Shown: positions 12,095 through 25,462 of the stretch, in pieces | Layout of the letters: every line of letters starts with the position of its first letter | Numbering within the stretch: position 1 is the first letter of the stretch | NCBI GenBank assembly: GCA_964016885.1 | Contig: OZ024741.1 | Coordinates: forward strand, 287,432,001-287,496,000 | Origin: Eledone cirrhosa | Taxonomy: Eukaryota | DNA length: 64,000 bases | Direction: 5' to 3' | Position numbers and translations under genes: made by a program | The notes under the pieces: generated by a model | Told to the model about the DNA's origin: nothing | What the model saw: only the letters and a program-made list of their open reading frames with translations | Database searches by the model: none

Positions 12095-12480
12095 ATTGGC
12101 CGACAAGGTCACTTCAGAAGCTCTCTACTTTCCAGAACAACATCATGAGACTTATGACTGGCAAGGGGCTCAGCGACCGTATCTGTATCAGTGAGCTGCT
12201 CAACATTACCAAACTTAGACCAATTACATCAATTGTCAAGTCAAGAGTACTCAAACTATATGGTCATATAAAAAGATCAACTTGTGGTGTAATTAGGATA
12301 TGCCTGGAAGGAAGGTTGGCTGGTAAGAGAAGCAGAAGCCGGCAGCCAAAACGATGGCTTGATAATGTCAACTTATGGACTGGACTTCATCTTTGCTCTT
12401 TAAACTCTGCTGCTGGTGATCGAACTTTGTGGAGAGATATATCACATGTTAATGCGCAGTCTTCAACTGGCGGAGTTTAG
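12095..12480 (+). pseudogene. RTE LINE C-terminal fragment
   Basis: LKLYGHIKR..LEGRLAGKRSRSRQPKRWLDNV..AAGDRTLWR matches the RTE C-terminal pattern. Confidence 0.8.
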
Positions 12481-13028
12481 AAATGTCACCACCTATTTCT
12501 AGTCTCAAAATCCTTGATACATTTCACAGTCTTCCGCAGAAATCTAGCGAAATTCCTCTAAAATATGATAATATTTATATCTCTCTGTAAGTTTTAAAGA
12601 TGTAACTGTAATATCATAATTATCTCATCCATGAGAGATATTCTTCGTCTCTTTTGTGAGGTTTCACACATTTTGTTTATTTTATGAATTTCCTCTAACA
12701 TTGCTATTTCAATTTTCAATTGAAAAACAAATTTATGTACACATATATCTGAATTGATGTTATATGTCATTGATGAAACGCAAGTAAAATAAATAAATCT
12801 TTTAATTCCACCTAAACCCTTGATTTATTATTTATTGTATATTTACAGTCACACATACACACACGCCCTCCACATATGAACATATGTATATACATATATA
12901 TATATGTGTGTGTGTGTATGTGAGTATGTATGTATGAATGTAATGTATGTGTGTATTTATGTATGTATATATGTATGTATATATATATCTATGTATATAT
13001 GTATTATGTATGTGAATATGTAGGTATC

Positions 13029-13062
<34 letters not shown>

Positions 13063-14413
13063 TGTATGTATGTATGTATGTATGTATGTATGTATGTATC
13101 TACAAGTATATGTATGTATATATGTATGTATACATATATGTATGTACACATATATGTATGTACGTATGTATACATATATGTATGTATGTACGTACATATA
13201 AATATTAATACAAACGTTTGACAGGATGCATTGTTATATTGAAATAACATTGCTGTTTTGAGGAATCATTCATTAATAAAACATAAATAGAATCTCTCGC
13301 CGTCACACCATCCACATACAACAAGGAGCAGATACAAGGCACTTCACAATAAAATACGAAATATTTCCCTTTGTAGGAAAATATAGGAAACATTTCTGGT
13401 CAACACATCTGCACACTACATAATTCCCTACAAAAACGCATGATTAGGATCGATCGACTTTCGTCAAATCGAACCGAGGAAACAATGTTTCCGTTGGTAT
13501 TTCCAATTGCTAATACTATCTATCGGTCACAACTCAAGGTAGAAAGAGAAACGTGAAATAAAGTGTCTTGCTCAAGGACATAACGCATCGCGCGGTCCAG
13601 GAATCGAACTCACAACCTCCCGATTGCGAATCCAATTCTCTTATCAATCAGCCACGCGCCTTCATGCATGTTTAATGATGGAAGTAAGTAAAAGAAACAC
13701 TGTTAATCGTGCCATAGGGGCGCCGTTTTGACACACAGTGTATCTTAAGAATTTTAAATCTGGCAGAGGCTTGATTTCTCCAGGTCAGAACACAGTCGAT
13801 TTCTTCCAGAGAAGGAAAACTGGATATGAAGAATGAGGGAGGGAGAGAGCGAGAGAAAGAGAGAGATAAAGCGAAGGTGGTAAAGAGAGAGGGGAGTGAA
13901 AGCGAGAAGCTAGTAAAGAGAGATAGAGGAAGAATCGACAGCAGTTCTGAACTGGTTTTATATTTATCTACCTTGATCTATTGAAAGGCAAAGTTGACCT
14001 CGGTTGAATTTAAACAAATACCGAAGCATTTTCAATCCAACGCCGCAACGATGTAATATGAGGAATTAGTACTCATAATTCAACAAATTACTAAAATAAA
14101 CTAACAGACAATATCTATATATAAAGTCCAAAGGTTAAAATGCAAATTCAGAATATAATATTTACACGAGTCACCTTGGCCTTATATGATATGAAGAAGC
14201 ACCAACATTATTTCAATATGAGACGATGAAATTCTAGAAACCTTACTGATGGATCTAGGAAGTATACTATTCTACACAACCTTCAAGGAATTCATAATAT
14301 AAAATGAAAGATCCTTGACGAAAAAGTTAAAACTACCACACAGTCGTGATTTCAGCACGCACGCACGCTCGTATACACACACACATATATATATACACAC
14401 ACGCACGCATACG

Positions 14414-14504
<91 letters not shown>

Positions 14505-16439
14505 AAAGTGTTGTTAGCTTAAAGTAAACTGCTTCAACGTAACTTTTTTTACTATGAAAATAGTTTTAAGAAGTTGGACATACAAGCACTTAGTGACAGA
14601 AAAAGTGGAAGTTATCATTTGTGGGAATTGAACTTACGACTGCCGTATCCCTTTGCTTTCGATACTCTAATGCGTGACTGGCCAAATACGTGTCATTTGC
14701 CTTTCATCCTTACAGGGTCGATAAAATAAAGTACCAGTCACGCACTGGGGTCGATTTAATTGACTTTCCCCTCCCAAAGAATTACTGGCCTTATACCTAT
14801 ATAAGAAACCATTATTAAGGCTTATCTATCAGCCATTTGATCTAAACAAAAAATCAATCATAATCAAGACGTGTTAAGCAAATTTCGTGTTTTTTTTTAA
14901 GTATGTTAACTAAAAGTAAGCTGATTCAATATAAGGTTGGGCATGTTGGCCATATAAGCCCGATCCACTCCAGGTCTGAATACAGCAGATTTCTTCCAGA
15001 GAAGGAAAGATAGTAAAAGAATGGAAGTGAGAAAAAGTTATAAAAGAGGAATCCACCCCAGTACTAGACTGGTACATTTTTATCGAATGGATGAAAGTCA
15101 AAGTTGACCTCGGCTGGATTTGAATTCATAGAGCAGAGCGCCAGAAGCACTACTATGAAACCGACGGAAACCAATTCTGCTTTTACTGGTTTGTAGGCTA
15201 AATAAACTATGGCCATCTCTACTTTGAAACGAGGATAAGTTGTTAATCGTTCCTGTTAGGTTAAATAAATGGTATAATAACTGACTAATTCCGAGTTACG
15301 GCGTAGGTGGAGAGATTTAGGTGAAGTAAAAATAAATCAGAAAAATTAGAAAGTTACAAAGTTTTCTGATTTTATTTGGGGTATTTGTATTTTCTTCTTT
15401 TTTTTTTCTTTTCATCATTCAAAATTGGTCACCATCGGAATTTTTCCTGTCACAGAAATTTCAAGAAACATTAATTCTATTACATATATGAAAATAGATA
15501 CCTAAAAGAATCAAAATGAAATTTCAAAAAATAAACACAAAACAAAATCAAACAGAAAATGCCTTCTAATTCTTCACTGACATCAAAAGCCTCCAGTCAC
15601 ATATAATTGACTAAGATAGTCAGATGTTGATTCCTTTATTGGTGTTGCAGTTGTTGGTAGTGATATTGTGTGGGATATGGTGATGGTGACGACGATGGTA
15701 ACTGAGTTTGTTGTCGCATATATTGTTTTATCAGATATTCTAAATACAATATGTGGTTATTTGATCTAATAAAATTATATGTTTCTTTACATTACACCCA
15801 CATATTTTTAAAAAGGACAGAAAAATATAACAAAAGACAAAATGATCATATTGGGATATCATTTCATCATACGCCTGTTGAACCAAGGCAATAACTAGCG
15901 TGAGTTCTTAGATTCCAATACTGGATGAAATGTCCCCAAATTTTATAAAATGGGTATAACCTTGAAATGTCGGATCACCTTCTTTACTGTATATATAGTT
16001 TAACAACTTAATTTTCGAATTTCAAACATCTGGATCGATATAAATGTAAGGAAATATATTGGAAATGAGCCTAGGTAACATGCCATAAGACATTGTGTTA
16101 AGAGAAAAAGAATTTTCACTACGTGTATCTATAAGTATGTATGAATCCGTAATTCTTGCTGGAGTCGTAGCGACATGGGCATTTTAAACCTGGGGAATTT
16201 CTTCCAAAGCAAGAAAGTGGGCGATAGAGAGTATGTGAAAAGGAGATACAGAAGAAGAATTGACCCTATTTCTAGACTGATTTTTTTTTATCGACTTCGA
16301 AAGGATAAAAAGCAAAAATGGTATTGGTGGAATGTGAACTCAGAGCGCAGATAGCCGGAACGAATACTGCAAATTATTCTATCTGATATGCTAACAACTC
16401 AGCCAATTAACTGTTATGCCGATGTGTATTTATACGTGT

Positions 16440-16900
16440 TCATATAATATTGGCTGAAGTTGGGTTGTATTTTCATGTGGACCGTAATGGAAAAGTATCT
16501 GATCGGAATACAATTGTGTTATGGGTAGAAAACCTCGTGTTGATCATTTCAACATTAAAACCCAAATTATCAGTTGATGTGCATACTTTCCAAACACTGG
16601 TGAATATTGAAGCCGTTAGACGGATTGTGACGAACTGTACTGACCGTTCTGCATCAAACAATGGCGTTGCACTTGGTATTTGAAATTTTGTTGTGCAAAG
16701 GATATTGTAACTTGCCTTAATTTTCCTCCATATAAAATGATGATTGAGCAACTACTAAATCTAATGAGAAAGTCTGAAAATAAAGTCTGAAAATATTTGC
16801 AGAAAAATTTTGCAATGTGGACACAAGAAATACTTTTTTCATGAGTGATGAAGCGCATCACCATCGGCCTGTTTGTGTAAATAAGTAAACATTATTCTGT
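16440..16900 (+). pseudogene. Tc1/mariner-type transposase remnant
   Basis: DRNTIVLWVEN..NIEAVRRIV..RSA....ALGI HTH-like region and downstream FMSDEAH (first catalytic D); frames disrupted. Confidence 0.65.
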
Positions 16901-17058
16901 TGATTATACAGTAATCGATAATTTAATAAGCACCTCCTTCACCGTGATCCCGAGATTTAATACACAGGGTGCGTCAATTTTTTGAGGACACCTTTTTCTT
17001 GAGCTCTAACTTTCTTATTACTAGCTTTTTTTTGATATTTTTCAGATAAATAATTGAA

Positions 17059-17280
17059 TTGTTTCTACTTTAGGCACAAGACCAGCAATTTGGGGAGAGG
17101 GGAAATCGATTAAATCGACCCCAGTGCATTACTTTACTGGTGCTTTATTTTATCGACCCTGTAAGGATGAAAGGCAAAGCTAACTTCGGCGAGATTTGAA
17201 CTCAGAACGGAAAGGGCCACACCTATATGCTGCAAAGCATGTTGTCTGACGCTCTACCGATACTGCTAATCCACCGCCCT
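17059..17280 (-). mobile_element. tRNA-derived SINE
   Basis: Same family as 6236-6425, full length. Confidence 0.85.
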
Positions 17281-17598
17281 AATTTTTCAGATAAATAGTG
17301 CCAAACATTAAATTGACTCAACAACTGAAAAGACATCCTGTAATTGTTGCCTTAAAAACACAATATAGTGATACAGCGATATCTTCCGCCTTGAAAGTTA
17401 CTCGATTCTTCGTTGTCAAAGTTAGAAAGGATCTGGAAGCTGCTGACAGGGATCCAACATCGGCAGCCAAGCATTAAAAGTAAAACAGGATCATCTGTGA
17501 CAATGTTATACGATATGTTCACTGAATTTAATGGACCTAACTTTAATGCCCGACATGTATGGTTTCATGGTTTCAACAAGACGTAGGACCACCTATAC

Positions 17599-17984
17599 CA
17601 GGGGTCATCAACTCCCGGCCTGCGAAGAATTCTTGACCGGCCCGCCAACAGGTTTCAATCTTAGGCTAAGCGATCCCTGAAAAAGTGCTCTGAATTATTA
17701 TGGATTAGAATACCAACTAGAGAACACGTCTAGCCACAAGACTTACTTAGCTGAACGTAATCTTTTGCGTGACAATAACAAACAAACTCAGACAGTTAAA
17801 ATCTCATTAAAAAAATTTACCATTTCTGCCTGTATCTTATTTGTAGTAAGGAATGTCATTAAAGTAATATGACATAAAATTCATTGTTCTTCCTTAAATC
17901 TCGCGATTAAGGTAGCTTTCTGGACAGAGCAGTCTGACTGCATTGCAAGGTGGCCTGCACACCCCAAAAGGTTGCCGACCCCTA
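17599..17984. mobile_element. hAT-type MITE
   Basis: Termini CAGGGGTC...GACCCCTA with 8-bp TSD ACCTATAC/ACCTATGC (7/8 match). Confidence 0.8.
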
Positions 17985-18415
17985 ACCTATGCAGTAAAAA
18001 GCTTCATGGGTTTGTTTAAAGAAATCCAATCACATGGACATGATACGACCAACTCTATCTTCTGATATTTCAGCTGATAATTATTTAATTTTGAATCTCC
18101 TTTGAAGGGAAACCTTTCATCAATAAACCGCGTACACTGTATGAATTGAAATCTGGTATTTGACAGGAAAACAGCGGTCGCTGAAGACATAGAGTGACGC
18201 TCACACAGAACTTCCCGGCTTCGCTACAGTTATGTGTGAGTATCTGGATAACAATATTTTACATCATTTCTAAGATTGAATGAACAATTACTATGTTATT
18301 TATGTTTATAGATGACACACATACTTCTGCACTTTGAAACAATAAAATTGGCTAACGTGCTATATTTGCTAACATTTATTTTAATCAAAAACCATCAGAA
18401 TTTTCCTGTAGGCTT

Positions 18416-18507
<92 letters not shown>

Positions 18508-18548
18508 TCTACCCTTGGTGGTATGGTCTGTACCGTAGATAGAACTCA

Positions 18549-18674
18549 ATTGTTTCCGAAGAAGAGGGTCTGATGGAGCCTATATATGAGGTTTGATAGT
18601 AAACAGTTATATAATTGCTATAGATCAAACAATATGTCAATATGATCGACCCTCCGAAACGATCTAAAAACAAT
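18549..18674 (+). ncRNA. Decayed HHR variant (CCGAAGA core, long stem II insert)
   Basis: Stem I ATTGTTT/AAACAAT; stem II GAGGGTC/GACCCTC enclosing about 75 nt; GAAACGATC; cleavage triplet damaged. Confidence 0.55.
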
Positions 18675-18729
18675 GATATGAATAGGTAAAATAACTTGGC
18701 TTTGTTGTTTTTATTTTCATTGTTAATTT

Positions 18730-18796
<67 letters not shown>

Positions 18797-18797
<1 letters not shown>

Positions 18798-19120
18798 CAG
18801 AAAAAAAAAACGAGGAAGTTTCGTTTACATATAAAAAGGATTTATTGTTTATCGGCCTGTTACGCGTGATGTGACAAATTTTTTTTTTTGCCACATGACC
18901 AGTCTGACAAGCATATCGATACTGGAGTTGGGTCCATAAATACGATTGGTTAACTTGAGCCAATCGTCTGCGAGACGCACGTAACAGGCCATACACAATA
19001 AATATTTTTTATATGTAAACGAAACTTCCTCGTTTTTTTTTTCTTCTATTATATATACTCTGCCTGCTCATAGAGTGCTTGATTTGGTACCAACACCAGT
19101 AATTCACTGTACTATCCACT
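18797..19120. mobile_element. Fold-back element with decayed HHR-like motif (18897-18990)
   Basis: Arms about 18800-18868 and 18978-19043; spacer CTGACAA GCA..TGC GAGAC GCACGT A; GAGTGC at 19073, then (TA)n. Confidence 0.65.
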
Positions 19121-19133
19121 ATATATATATATA

Positions 19134-19445
19134 TATGAATGTATGTATAGTATATTTGGCAATATACCGTATGTTTAATTAACAACATTTTGAAGACCTT
19201 GCGCTATCATTTTAAAGTAGTGACTATGTCACTTACTTCTTTTTTCGGCAAAGGAAGGGAGAGAAGCTGACAGATTCTGTTTCACGCTGTTGGTGATCCT
19301 TTGCCGAAAAAAGATGTAAGTGACATAGTCACTACTTTAATATGATAGCGCAAGGTCTTCAAAATGTTTTAATTAAACATACGGTATATTGCCAAATATA
19401 CTATACATACATTCATGTATACATCGCTATTTCAGAGCACCAATC

Positions 19446-19450
<5 letters not shown>
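19134..19450. repeat. Fold-back element (about 120-bp arms) between (TA)n tracts
   Basis: 19134-19255 is the reverse complement of about 19297-19417. Confidence 0.9.
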
Positions 19451-19481
<31 letters not shown>

Positions 19482-19604
19482 GGTAAATATTGATGCAATT
19501 CAATTCAAGCACTCAACGTACTTTTTCCACATAGGAGTGACGGAGTAAATATCGAATAAGTAAAAGCGAAGTAGTTTCAGATGTTCAAGTCCTTTAATAA
19601 TAAT

Positions 19605-19678
19605 GCTGTGATATATATTTCAATGACGACACTGGCCACACTGTTCTGTGTGCGAGTGTCGTGACATCATCAGACAGC
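19605..19678 (-). ncRNA. Type I HHR
   Basis: Minus strand: GCTGT CTGATGA ..ACGACACT..AGTGTCGT.. GAA ATATATAT C ACAGC. Confidence 0.85.
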
Positions 19679-19806
19679 TTGTTACATAATAAGGTTGTTT
19701 CCGAGGCAATCCAAATTGAATCGACATGGGAACGGATGAAGTTCGTGCTTTTGGGTTTTTCATCCGTTCCCTTGTGAGTACCAATTCACCCCCACCGGTC
19801 TTCTTA

Positions 19807-19902
<96 letters not shown>

Positions 19903-20157
19903 TATATGGACTGCATACAGGATCAATTACCACTCAGGCAAATTTTTACTTCGAATTTGGTGATAATAACGTGCGGTTTAATGTACGGTTTATAGGCCCA
20001 ACAATATAGTGCTTATATTTTACTTTAAGGTGATCAAACGGTTGACAAAACAAAATGTGTGTATGTATCCATTTATTTATCCATCCGTACATACATACAT
20101 ACATCATACATACATACATACATTCATACATACATACATAAATACACACATACATAC

Positions 20158-22574
20158 TAGAGTTCGCTGACCATTCTCGATGTTCTTTCAGTGGAAGTGG
20201 GAGGAATTTCAGCAAAATTGTTGGTGAGCTGTTTACTGTTAGATTTAGCTGGCCATTCTCGTTGTCTGTCAGTGGAGGTGGGGTGGTTGTCTACAAGGGC
20301 TGTATTTGTAATATCACTCAATTCCGTTAGATGTATCAATTTACATCTAATGATACGTTTTGCCTGTTCATTTAAATGCTTTGGAGAAAAGTCTAATTCT
20401 GGGTGTTTGGAGTTCCATAAAGTTTTTAGCCTTTGCATAAAACCGAACTTTTGGGGTTCAGATTGTTTGTATGCTTCATATAATTCCAATAGCCTGCCAA
20501 AACATCATGTATTAATTATATACTGGGTGCCTTAACCTGTTCTTACAGGATCACTGTGCTACCAACAACATCATAACACCTGAGCAAGCTGGTGAAAAGA
20601 GGGAGGTGTGGGGTTGCATGGATCACCTACTAACTAATAAAATGATTCAAGAAAAAATAACAAAGAATCGCAGAAACATGACTGTGGTGTGGCTGGACTA
20701 GCAAAAAGCATTTGATAGTGTACCTCATAGGTGGATTGTTAAGGCTTTACAGTTAACCAAAGTCCCACAACCACTGGTAGCTGCTGTTGAACGTCTGATC
20801 AAGAACTGGTACACCAATTTGATCCTTAGAGGTGAGAAGGAGCAAGTTAAGACTGATAAGATACATTACCAGAAGGGCATCTCTCAGGGTGATAGCTTGT
20901 CAGTGCTACTCTTCGTTCTCTCACTAAATCCACTATCTTACCTACTCAGGAAACAAGGTGGACAAAGAAGTGCGTCCAGAAGTATCTCCCATCTTTTCTT
21001 TGTTGATGACCTAGAGTTGTATGGGCCAAATATCAATAACATCAAGAAACAATTGGACCTCATTACACAATTTTCGACAGACATCAAAATGAAATTTGGT
21101 GAGTCCAAGTGTGCATATTTGGCAGTAAATCTAGAGATGAACGACCTGACAATACAACCTCTACAGTCAGGTGACAACTACAGATATCTTGGACAGGATG
21201 AGAATGTCAGATATGATGGACCCATAAATAAGGAGAGAGTTGAATACCTCAGAAGAGAAAAGAAAATATGGTCATCAGAACTGTCAGCGTACAACAAATA
21301 TATTGCCCACAATACTTATGCTGTGCCAATTCTAACGCCAATAATTGGCCTGCTGAACTGGTCATTGCAAGAACTAAGTGAGATGGATGTTAGAACTCAC
21401 AAACCTCTCAGTGTTACTGGAAACTTTAACATCAATGGTGATGTGGATAGGCTATTCTTCTCACCCAGGGAAGGTGGTCGGGGTCTAAAATCCATATTAA
21501 CATCATATGAGACCCGGATAGTAACACTGAAGCAACATCTTCAACAGAGGAAAAAGGTTGGCAACCATCTTGCCCAGGTTTATGAGCATGAAAAATAAAA
21601 TATCATTAGAATAGCGACTGATCTGGAGGAGAGATATGGAATAAAGCCTGATATAAATCTCTCACACAGAGAAATCGGAAGATCCTATTCAATGTTCAAA
21701 CAAGATGAAAAAATTGACCAATTTACAGAAAAAGTTGTGCATGGATACTTGAGACGTAAAACACAGACCATAGAGGGGATAAACCACTCAAAAACCTGGC
21801 ATGGAGTTCCGACAAGTTTATGACATCACACCTTGAGGGATATCTCTATGCAATACAGGAACAAGATCTCCCTACCAAATATATTCTGCACAAAAGGGGA
21901 GGGCCATCAGCTGAGAATAAATGTAGGCTATGTGAAACAAAAATCGAGGATGTAAGCCACATTGTTGCCAGCTGCGAAAGAATGTCATCTCGCTACTACC
22001 TCCCATGAGACACGATGGGATAGCTAGAACCATCTGCAACGCACTTTGGAAAACAAAATTAACAACAAACGAGGAAGAATATATTGAGACAGATGACACT
22101 AAGGAATACTGGTGGAACCTGAAAATAAAAACTGCCACCAAATTAAAGCACAACCGGCCTGATATTGTTGTTTGGGACCACACATTGAAAACGTGTTCTG
22201 TTGTGGAGATCAGCTGCCCACTTGGTGTAAACGTTGTCAGAAAAATACAGGAGAAGGAGGACATCTACGGACCATTGATGAGGAGTTTACAAATCCAGTA
22301 TCCAAGATACACCTTTAGCTTCATACCCATCATTATTGGAGCTACGGGTTATATACCAACCCGCTTGGACCAAAGTATGACTGAACTTGGATTTGCGGAC
22401 AAAGAGCACAGCTCCCTAATTCATAGTCTACAAATGGCTGCGATAGCTGGCACCTTCAACATTTGCAAAACATTCTTGTGATTCAAGGGATGACAATTTC
22501 TTTTTTTTTACAACCTTACCACCAAGAAGGTGGCCGGTCAAAAAAATATACTGGAAATTAAGAGAAAGAGATAA
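20158..22574 (+). mobile_element. R4/Dong-type non-LTR retrotransposon (RT + CCHC + restriction-like endonuclease), disrupted, in (TACA)n
   Basis: KAFDSVPH, GISQGDSLS, FVDD, CRLC..H...C, RHD, RPDIVV, VVEISCP; stops and frameshifts; 20158-20510 is an N-terminal piece in opposite orientation. Confidence 0.9.
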
Positions 22575-22589
22575 CATACATACATACAT

Positions 22590-22977
22590 GGTGGCTGCCA
22601 ACTCGTTTTCGAGTACGGCCACTACTTTATATCCATGTAGGAGAACCCCTACCATTACGCTGAACGAGTGTGACTTTTTAGTCCAGCCAGCGACTTGAAA
22701 ACTCTGGTACAAACACTACACTTGTGACAATTATTGACACATAGTGCTGGGCCCATGGTACCATGTGACGACAAGTGCAGAGAGATCTCCAGATATAAAG
22801 CAATGCCTGTGCCGTGAAGCTTTTATAGTGAGCAAAGGCACTGCACAAAGCCAGTCCCACTCTCTTAACCAAGATGATATTTACCAAAAAGAAGAACAAG
22901 TCAACATCATTGGATACCATCAGGGTTGCAGGTGTTATATCAGAGTTTTCCTTCTCCTAGAATTCTGCCTTGACAAA
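22590..22977 (-). mobile_element. Short RTE-derived non-autonomous element (truncated copy) in (TACA)n
   Basis: Near-identical to 24133-24726 and 61949-62555. Confidence 0.8.
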
Positions 22978-23060
22978 CATACATACATACATACATACAT
23001 ACATACATACATACATACATACATACATACATACATACATACATACATACATACATACAT

Positions 23061-23806
23061 AGGGATGCAGGCAAAACACCTAGATGTGATAACAATTGCA
23101 GACTCTGCAGAACTAACATCGAGGATATCACCCATATCATCAGCAGCTGTCCAAAGATGTCATCGCGGTACTATCTACCTATGAGGCATGATGTAGTGGC
23201 CAAAACACTGTACGATGCAATCCGTAAAAAAGAGAGCCCCGATAATAAACACATTAAAAACTACAGCAATGTGGAAGACATCCATGTACATAATATGAAA
23301 GAGTACTGGTGGAATGTTCCAGTAAAAACCCCAATAAAATGCAGGCATAACAGACCAGAAATTATGATATGGGACAGGGAGAAGAAATCATGCACAGTGG
23401 TGGAAGTTAGCTGCCCAGCAGATGCCAATATAATATCAAAGATTAGCGAAAAGGAGAATATTGATTCAGGAACAGGAACAGAAAGAACACATCTAGTTAG
23501 GAAATTACAAGTACAATCCATCAATGGAACAGTAAAAATATGTAAAACATTCCAAAAACTTTGCATCTAATAACTGCATATACACATGTACAGATACAAA
23601 GCATATACACATGCACACATACAACTCAAAACATCCACATCCACACATACAATAACATCCATATCTACACATGCAGGCATGCATACATGATCTACCTAGT
23701 TGATGTTGTGTAAATTCCAATGAGAGAGTCTTGTGTCTATGTTAGAAACCGACTCTCTCTCTCTCTCTACTGGCAAAAGTTTGTGAAATTATAAAACCAG
23801 AAGAAC
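23061..23806 (+). mobile_element. 5'-truncated R4/Dong-type element (RLE + 3' UTR)
   Basis: CRLC..IEDITHIISSC, RHD, RPEIMIWD, VVEVSCP; bounded by (TACA)n. Confidence 0.85.
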
Positions 23807-23820
23807 ATACATACATACAT

Positions 23821-24116
23821 AACAAGTACAATCCATTAATGGAACAGTAAAAATATGTAAAACATTCCAAAAATTCTGCGTCTAATAACTGTATATACAC
23901 TTGTACAGATACAAAGCATATGCACATGCACACATACAACTCAAAACCTACACATCCACACATACAATAACATCCATATCTACACATGCATGCAGATATG
24001 CATACATATCTACCTAGTTGATGTTGTGTAAATTCCAATGAGAGAGTCGTGTGTCTATGTTAGAAACCGACTCTCTCTCTATTGGCAAAAATTTGCGAAA
24101 TTATAAAACCAGAAGA
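23821..24116 (+). mobile_element. Second 3'-end copy of the same R4/Dong element
   Basis: Diverged duplicate of about 23507-23806, bounded by (TACA)n. Confidence 0.85.
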
Positions 24117-24132
24117 ACATACATACATACAT

Positions 24133-24726
24133 GGTGGCTGCCAACTCGTTTTCGAGTACGGCCACTACTTTATATCCATGTAGGAGAACCCCTACCGATG
24201 CGCTGAACAAGTGTGACTTTTTAGTCCAGCCAGCGACTTGAATACTCTGGTACAAACACTACACTTGTGACAATTACTGACACATAGTGCTGGGCCCATG
24301 GTACCATGTGACGACAAGTGCAGAGAGATCTCCAGATATAAAGCAATGCCTGTGCCGTGAAGCTTTTATAGTGAGCAAAGGCACTGCACAAAGCCAGTCC
24401 CACTCTCTTAACCAAGATGATATTTACCAAAAAGAAGAACAAGTCAACATCATTGGATACCATCAGGGTTGCAGGTGTTATATCAGAGTTTTCCTTCTCC
24501 TAGAATTCTGCCTTGACAAAGGCTAAGGGGTCATCTCTCCCGGTGATTTTGGATGGCCATTGACTCTTAAGAGCTCCTTTGCCCTTTGACAGGTTTTGTT
24601 TTTAGTCCTGCAGGATGTCCAAAGTCACCCTCCTCACCAAGAAACCTTGGTGGGGTTGCCAGTTTAGTCGCCAACGACCCGACCATGGGACAGGTTGTAC
24701 TGGGATACATGTTACCAGTAGCACCA
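24133..24726 (-). mobile_element. Short RTE-derived non-autonomous element
   Basis: Minus strand: UTR-like head with GAAGGAAAACTCTGAT, C2H2 finger HKCSVCTRVFKSLAGLKSHT, tail GGCAGCCACC(ATGT)n. Confidence 0.75.
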
Positions 24727-25158
24727 TACATACATACATACATACATACATACATACATACATACATACATACATACATACATACATACATACATACATG
24801 TACTTACACACACACATACATACATACAGATATCTTATGTGTATATATATATATAACCATGACTAACCCCACTGAAACGTTTCGTGAAATAGTCTTTTTA
24901 AGACTATATAGAGCATTTGTAGATTTTTCCAAATTGAAGGATAAGTATTTACTCTTAATTTTATTCTGAGTTAAGTTTCTATTGGTTTTTTTCCCTGGAT
25001 TACACAAAATCTGTGGATAACATTTCTGTCTTGGCTTTTTTTTGAATTGGGATTCAATTATTTTCCCATATCTTACGTTAAATATTTTCCATCTTGACGT
25101 AATAGTCACTTATATGTATGAATTACTGTTGGCTTCTTGCTCACATTAATTTCTCTAT

Positions 25159-25230
<72 letters not shown>

Positions 25231-25363
25231 GTGAGGTTTTTTTTTACAAAATGAAAAATAACTGAGGTGTCCTACACGAGTGAAAGTATAAAGAAAAAGA
25301 GATGAAATCGAAAATGCAACTGAAGTCTTATTTTTTTTTAAAAATATATATATTTATTTGGTT

Positions 25364-25401
25364 CCTTTACCGGTTTCGCAGTTCTTCTGCTTTTCAAAAG
25401 G
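25364..25401 (-). ncRNA. Type I HHR, U3-A8 core variant, in PLE pseudo-LTR
   Basis: Minus strand: CCTT TTGAAAA GCAG AAGAA CTGC GAA ACCGGT A AAGG. Confidence 0.85.
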
Positions 25402-25462
25402 TGAGTTGAGATGGAGGGTCTGTGGTTTTTCTCTCATCTGGTTGGTCTCTGAATGTTACTTG

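Noticed and set aside
17300-17480. Possible mariner-like transposase N-terminus (LKRHPVIVALK..VRKDLE)
   Set aside because: Short, no catalytic motif or TIR identified; resemblance from memory only.
18166-18241. Exon-like segment between CAG and GTGAGT
   Set aside because: Stops in all three frames and no partner exons.
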